From Nemertoderma westbladi (Eukaryota; Animalia; Xenacoelomorpha): a stretch of 64,000 nucleotides of DNA. Shown piece by piece: positions 61,307 through 64,000 of the stretch; positions within the stretch are counted from its first letter, which is position 1, and the number at the start of each line of letters is the position of its first letter. Where the stretch lies: NCBI GenBank assembly GCA_032718475.1, contig JAUCBJ010000367.1, positions 27,922-91,921 on the forward strand, given 5' to 3'. The translations under genes and the position numbers were made by a program. A model generated the notes under the pieces. That model searched no databases. It was not told the DNA's origin and was given only the letters and a program-made list of their open reading frames with translations.

Positions 61307-62910
61307 CTAGAAAGCCAGCAAGCTGGCTGGAAGGAGCCCGGGGGAAGAATCCTAGCCAAGACTATTACAAATGAACTATGTCAGTCAGCTGTAGGCCTAG
61401 TAAGTAGGCCTAAACTAAACAATTGTCTAAACTGTAAGGCGTGAGGCTAGTTGACTTTGTGGATCGTCCCACATAATAAAAAATTAAACTTTGCTACCAC
61501 TAACAAAAATATAATATGAAGCAGATAATTTCATTATCAAGCACGTTTACAAGATTTAAGATTACCGAATATTTATGAAAAAATGCCCATGATGCACAAC
61601 CAGGACACCGAGCGAGTGATGACCCTGTACCCACCATAGAACCACCCTATATTATAAATGAAGACTCCATTTTTCCATACGAATATTACAACACCGGCTG
61701 CTAAGGCAATCAACCAATGCTGCATTATAGAACAAAACTAACAATAGAAATGGGTAGCTATAGTTACTAAAACTAAAACACAAACAAAGCGCAAATATCC
61801 TAGCTGTTCCACCTTAGTGTCAGTAGTTAGTAAGATAATAATAGTGATAGCAGTTTCATTAAATTTTTTGAATAAATACAAATTATATAATATATTATAG
61901 AGCAAATGTATAAACAAAAACTCAACTAATATTATGAAAATTGAAAGTCTAAACAATATGAAACAAAATAATACATTATCAAAGACAAATTAAATTTTAG
62001 CATCACAACAACTATATCCAAGAAATTTAACAAAACCGCAAATCAGTCAAAGTGAAAAGGGGGACTGTTCCCCCCTTCAACCCCCCTTTCAATCAGCACC
62101 CCGTCCCAAAAGCAAAGCCGCACCCAGACCCAGTCCAGCAGAATAACCTATGGAGATAGATATTATGACAACACACCCGGTTCTTTTAAATATGTATGAT
62201 TTGAGTTTTATGCTCGCACCACTATTGAGTTTTATAATATTTGTAAGAAATGTTAAAACTTATCTTATGCCAATGTAGTAATGGTATTAAAATATAATTA
62301 AATTAATTTGCACTATTAATGCTTCAGCTAAAAAATGATGCTAATCCTATGTAATAAAAAAAATTCGAATATTATTTTTAAGAACATTCTACATATATCC
62401 TATACAAAATAATCAACCCAATGATTCGTGGAATAATAATATAATCCTACTGCAGTGGTATAATTTATTTTGTTTATTGACAACTCAACTATTTTCTGTC
62501 TATCCCTGAGAGCTGATAAAGGATGTGTAGACTCAGACAGCAGCAAGCAGCAGGAGGTGTATAGTCAAGAAATTCTGCCTTGATGGAATTCTATCTAAGG
62601 CAGCCCTTATCTCAACCATTACTACACAGCTATACACAGCAAGCTGCTGCAGCAGTTCAGGCAGGAGTTGTTACTTTACCATTGCTTTTATTTTCGCGAC
62701 AAAATAATTTCAAAAAAACGAATTATATCGAATATCACACATTGAATTGATCTGATATTTTACTTTGTATTTACTTGTAAAATTTCAACAAAATCGCCAG
62801 GCAGGAAGTGCCTGAACCTAGATAATTATCAGTCAGTCAGTCAGTCAGTCAGTGTAATATATCCTGAGATTTTTACAGTAAGTATCCCGCAGATTTTTAC
62901 AGTAAGTATC
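61307..62910 (-). mobile_element. Putative Helitron-like non-autonomous element (hairpin-CTAG end, (CAGT)n microsatellite near the other end)
   Basis: ACTAGAAAGCCAGCAAGCTGGCT is at 61306 and (CAGT)6 at ~62830. The internal segment 62260-62440 resembles 58110-58305. The right boundary is uncertain. Confidence 0.4.
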
Positions 62911-63831
62911 CCGCCTGTCGAGCGGGCTCCTAATTGGCCATACAGTTTGGCTACTGAGGTTTTAGAATGTGCTGATTTTATTGGGAAGGTTTATTCCTCT
63001 ACATCAAACATATCGAAGAGTTGTGTAATATAACAACATAGGCATATATTATGTTATATTAGTTATTTAGTCAGTTATTTGTGCCATTGGAGCACGAAAA
63101 AAACAAGTAGTGGAAATATGATAATGAAAAATCACCACGAAAACAAATGTATTTTATGACCATGTGGTTTTTTTGGGATGCTAATCACGAATATGACATT
63201 TGAAAATATCGCACCTTGTTGATTACGGCTTTTAAGGGCTTTTAAGGGAAGATGTCCAGATTAGATTAGGCCCCCGTGCCCGTGGCTGCCAGCCCGTGTA
63301 GAGAAAGGTGATAGTATAAATAGTCAAATAAATACAGGTAATGTAATAATGATAAGGCATTGATGCCTAACACAGTAACAGGGGGTACAGGAGTAACAGT
63401 TAGGGTTGCGACACATATGTTTAGCATGTATTTATATTTGTTTGTGTTTGTGTGTTTGTTGTTCTTCGATGACCCTAGGGGTCGAGAAGTATATTTTGGG
63501 CTAAATGTCCTGATTCTATATTTTTTATTGGGGATGTAAGACTCCTGTTCTTCCTTTAATTTAATGTAATATATACATACCAACCCCCTTTTAGTCAGTA
63601 TGTCGTTAACATCAATTATCATCTTATGAAAGTGGAGCACAATTCCGACATTACTGCAAATCTTAAAATCTTATATAAATTTTGTATTGTGTGTGTGCCC
63701 TAGCACTCTACCAGTTTTCCATTGGTAACTTATTTACTTACCATAGGCCTATAGGGTTCCTGTGTTCTGTGGTCTGACTTCTGTTTGGGCTAGATGGTAA
63801 CGGAGTTGATGGTGCGATTAATTTAGGTCAT

Positions 63832-63925
63832 TGGTGCATTATAGATAGGCTTGGCTAATTCCCTGTCCAGCTGACGAGATGTCGAGGATTAGCGCGTACT
63901 GGTCCCAGACACCGAAACGCAACCA
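63832..63925 (+). ncRNA. Degenerate type III hammerhead ribozyme
   Basis: The core is CTGACGA (63871-63877) and GAAA (63914-63917), with stem II G-a-TGTC...GACA-c-C. Stem I is ATAGATAGG/CCTGTCCAG and stem III is TGGTGCAT/ACGCAACCA, both with mismatches. Confidence 0.6.
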
Positions 63926-64000
63926 TATTTTTCACAAATTAAGTATTTTTGCCTCAGTCAAACCCCTTTCACGGTGACAAAATTGTCATATATTTTCTTA

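Noticed and set aside
63462-63490. TCGATGA-CCCTAGGGGTC-GAGA as a second hammerhead
   Set aside because: Both core boxes deviate from CUGANGA/GAAA, and no convincing stems I/III were found.

Overview
This is repeat-dominated eukaryotic DNA, probably from an invertebrate (inferred from the transposon content). No conventional host gene is supportable. Positions 1-33159 are a homogeneous G-rich satellite built from a 31-bp core plus one or two 7-bp modules (38/45-bp units), with higher-order blocks and a layered distribution of variants. All ORFs there are repeat artefacts. Positions 33.2-45 kb are a patchwork of MITE-like inverted repeats, a C-rich ~35-bp minisatellite, a 5'-truncated CR1-type LINE interrupted by a second retro-insertion, an RTE-like scrap and Helentron/HINE-like elements. 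Positions 45102-57593 hold a young BEL/Pao LTR retrotransposon (1.22-kb near-identical LTRs, TG..CA ends, CAGTA target-site duplication). It keeps an open 1557-aa Gag-protease ORF but has lost RT, most of RNase H and integrase through frame-preserving deletions. It has no tRNA-type PBS; the post-LTR sequence is instead complementary to its own LTR, reminiscent of Tf1 self-priming. It also carries a disrupted ~480-codon Cys/His-rich accessory ORF behind a long RNA hairpin. Positions 57.6-64 kb hold more Helitron-like repeats and a degenerate type III hammerhead ribozyme.
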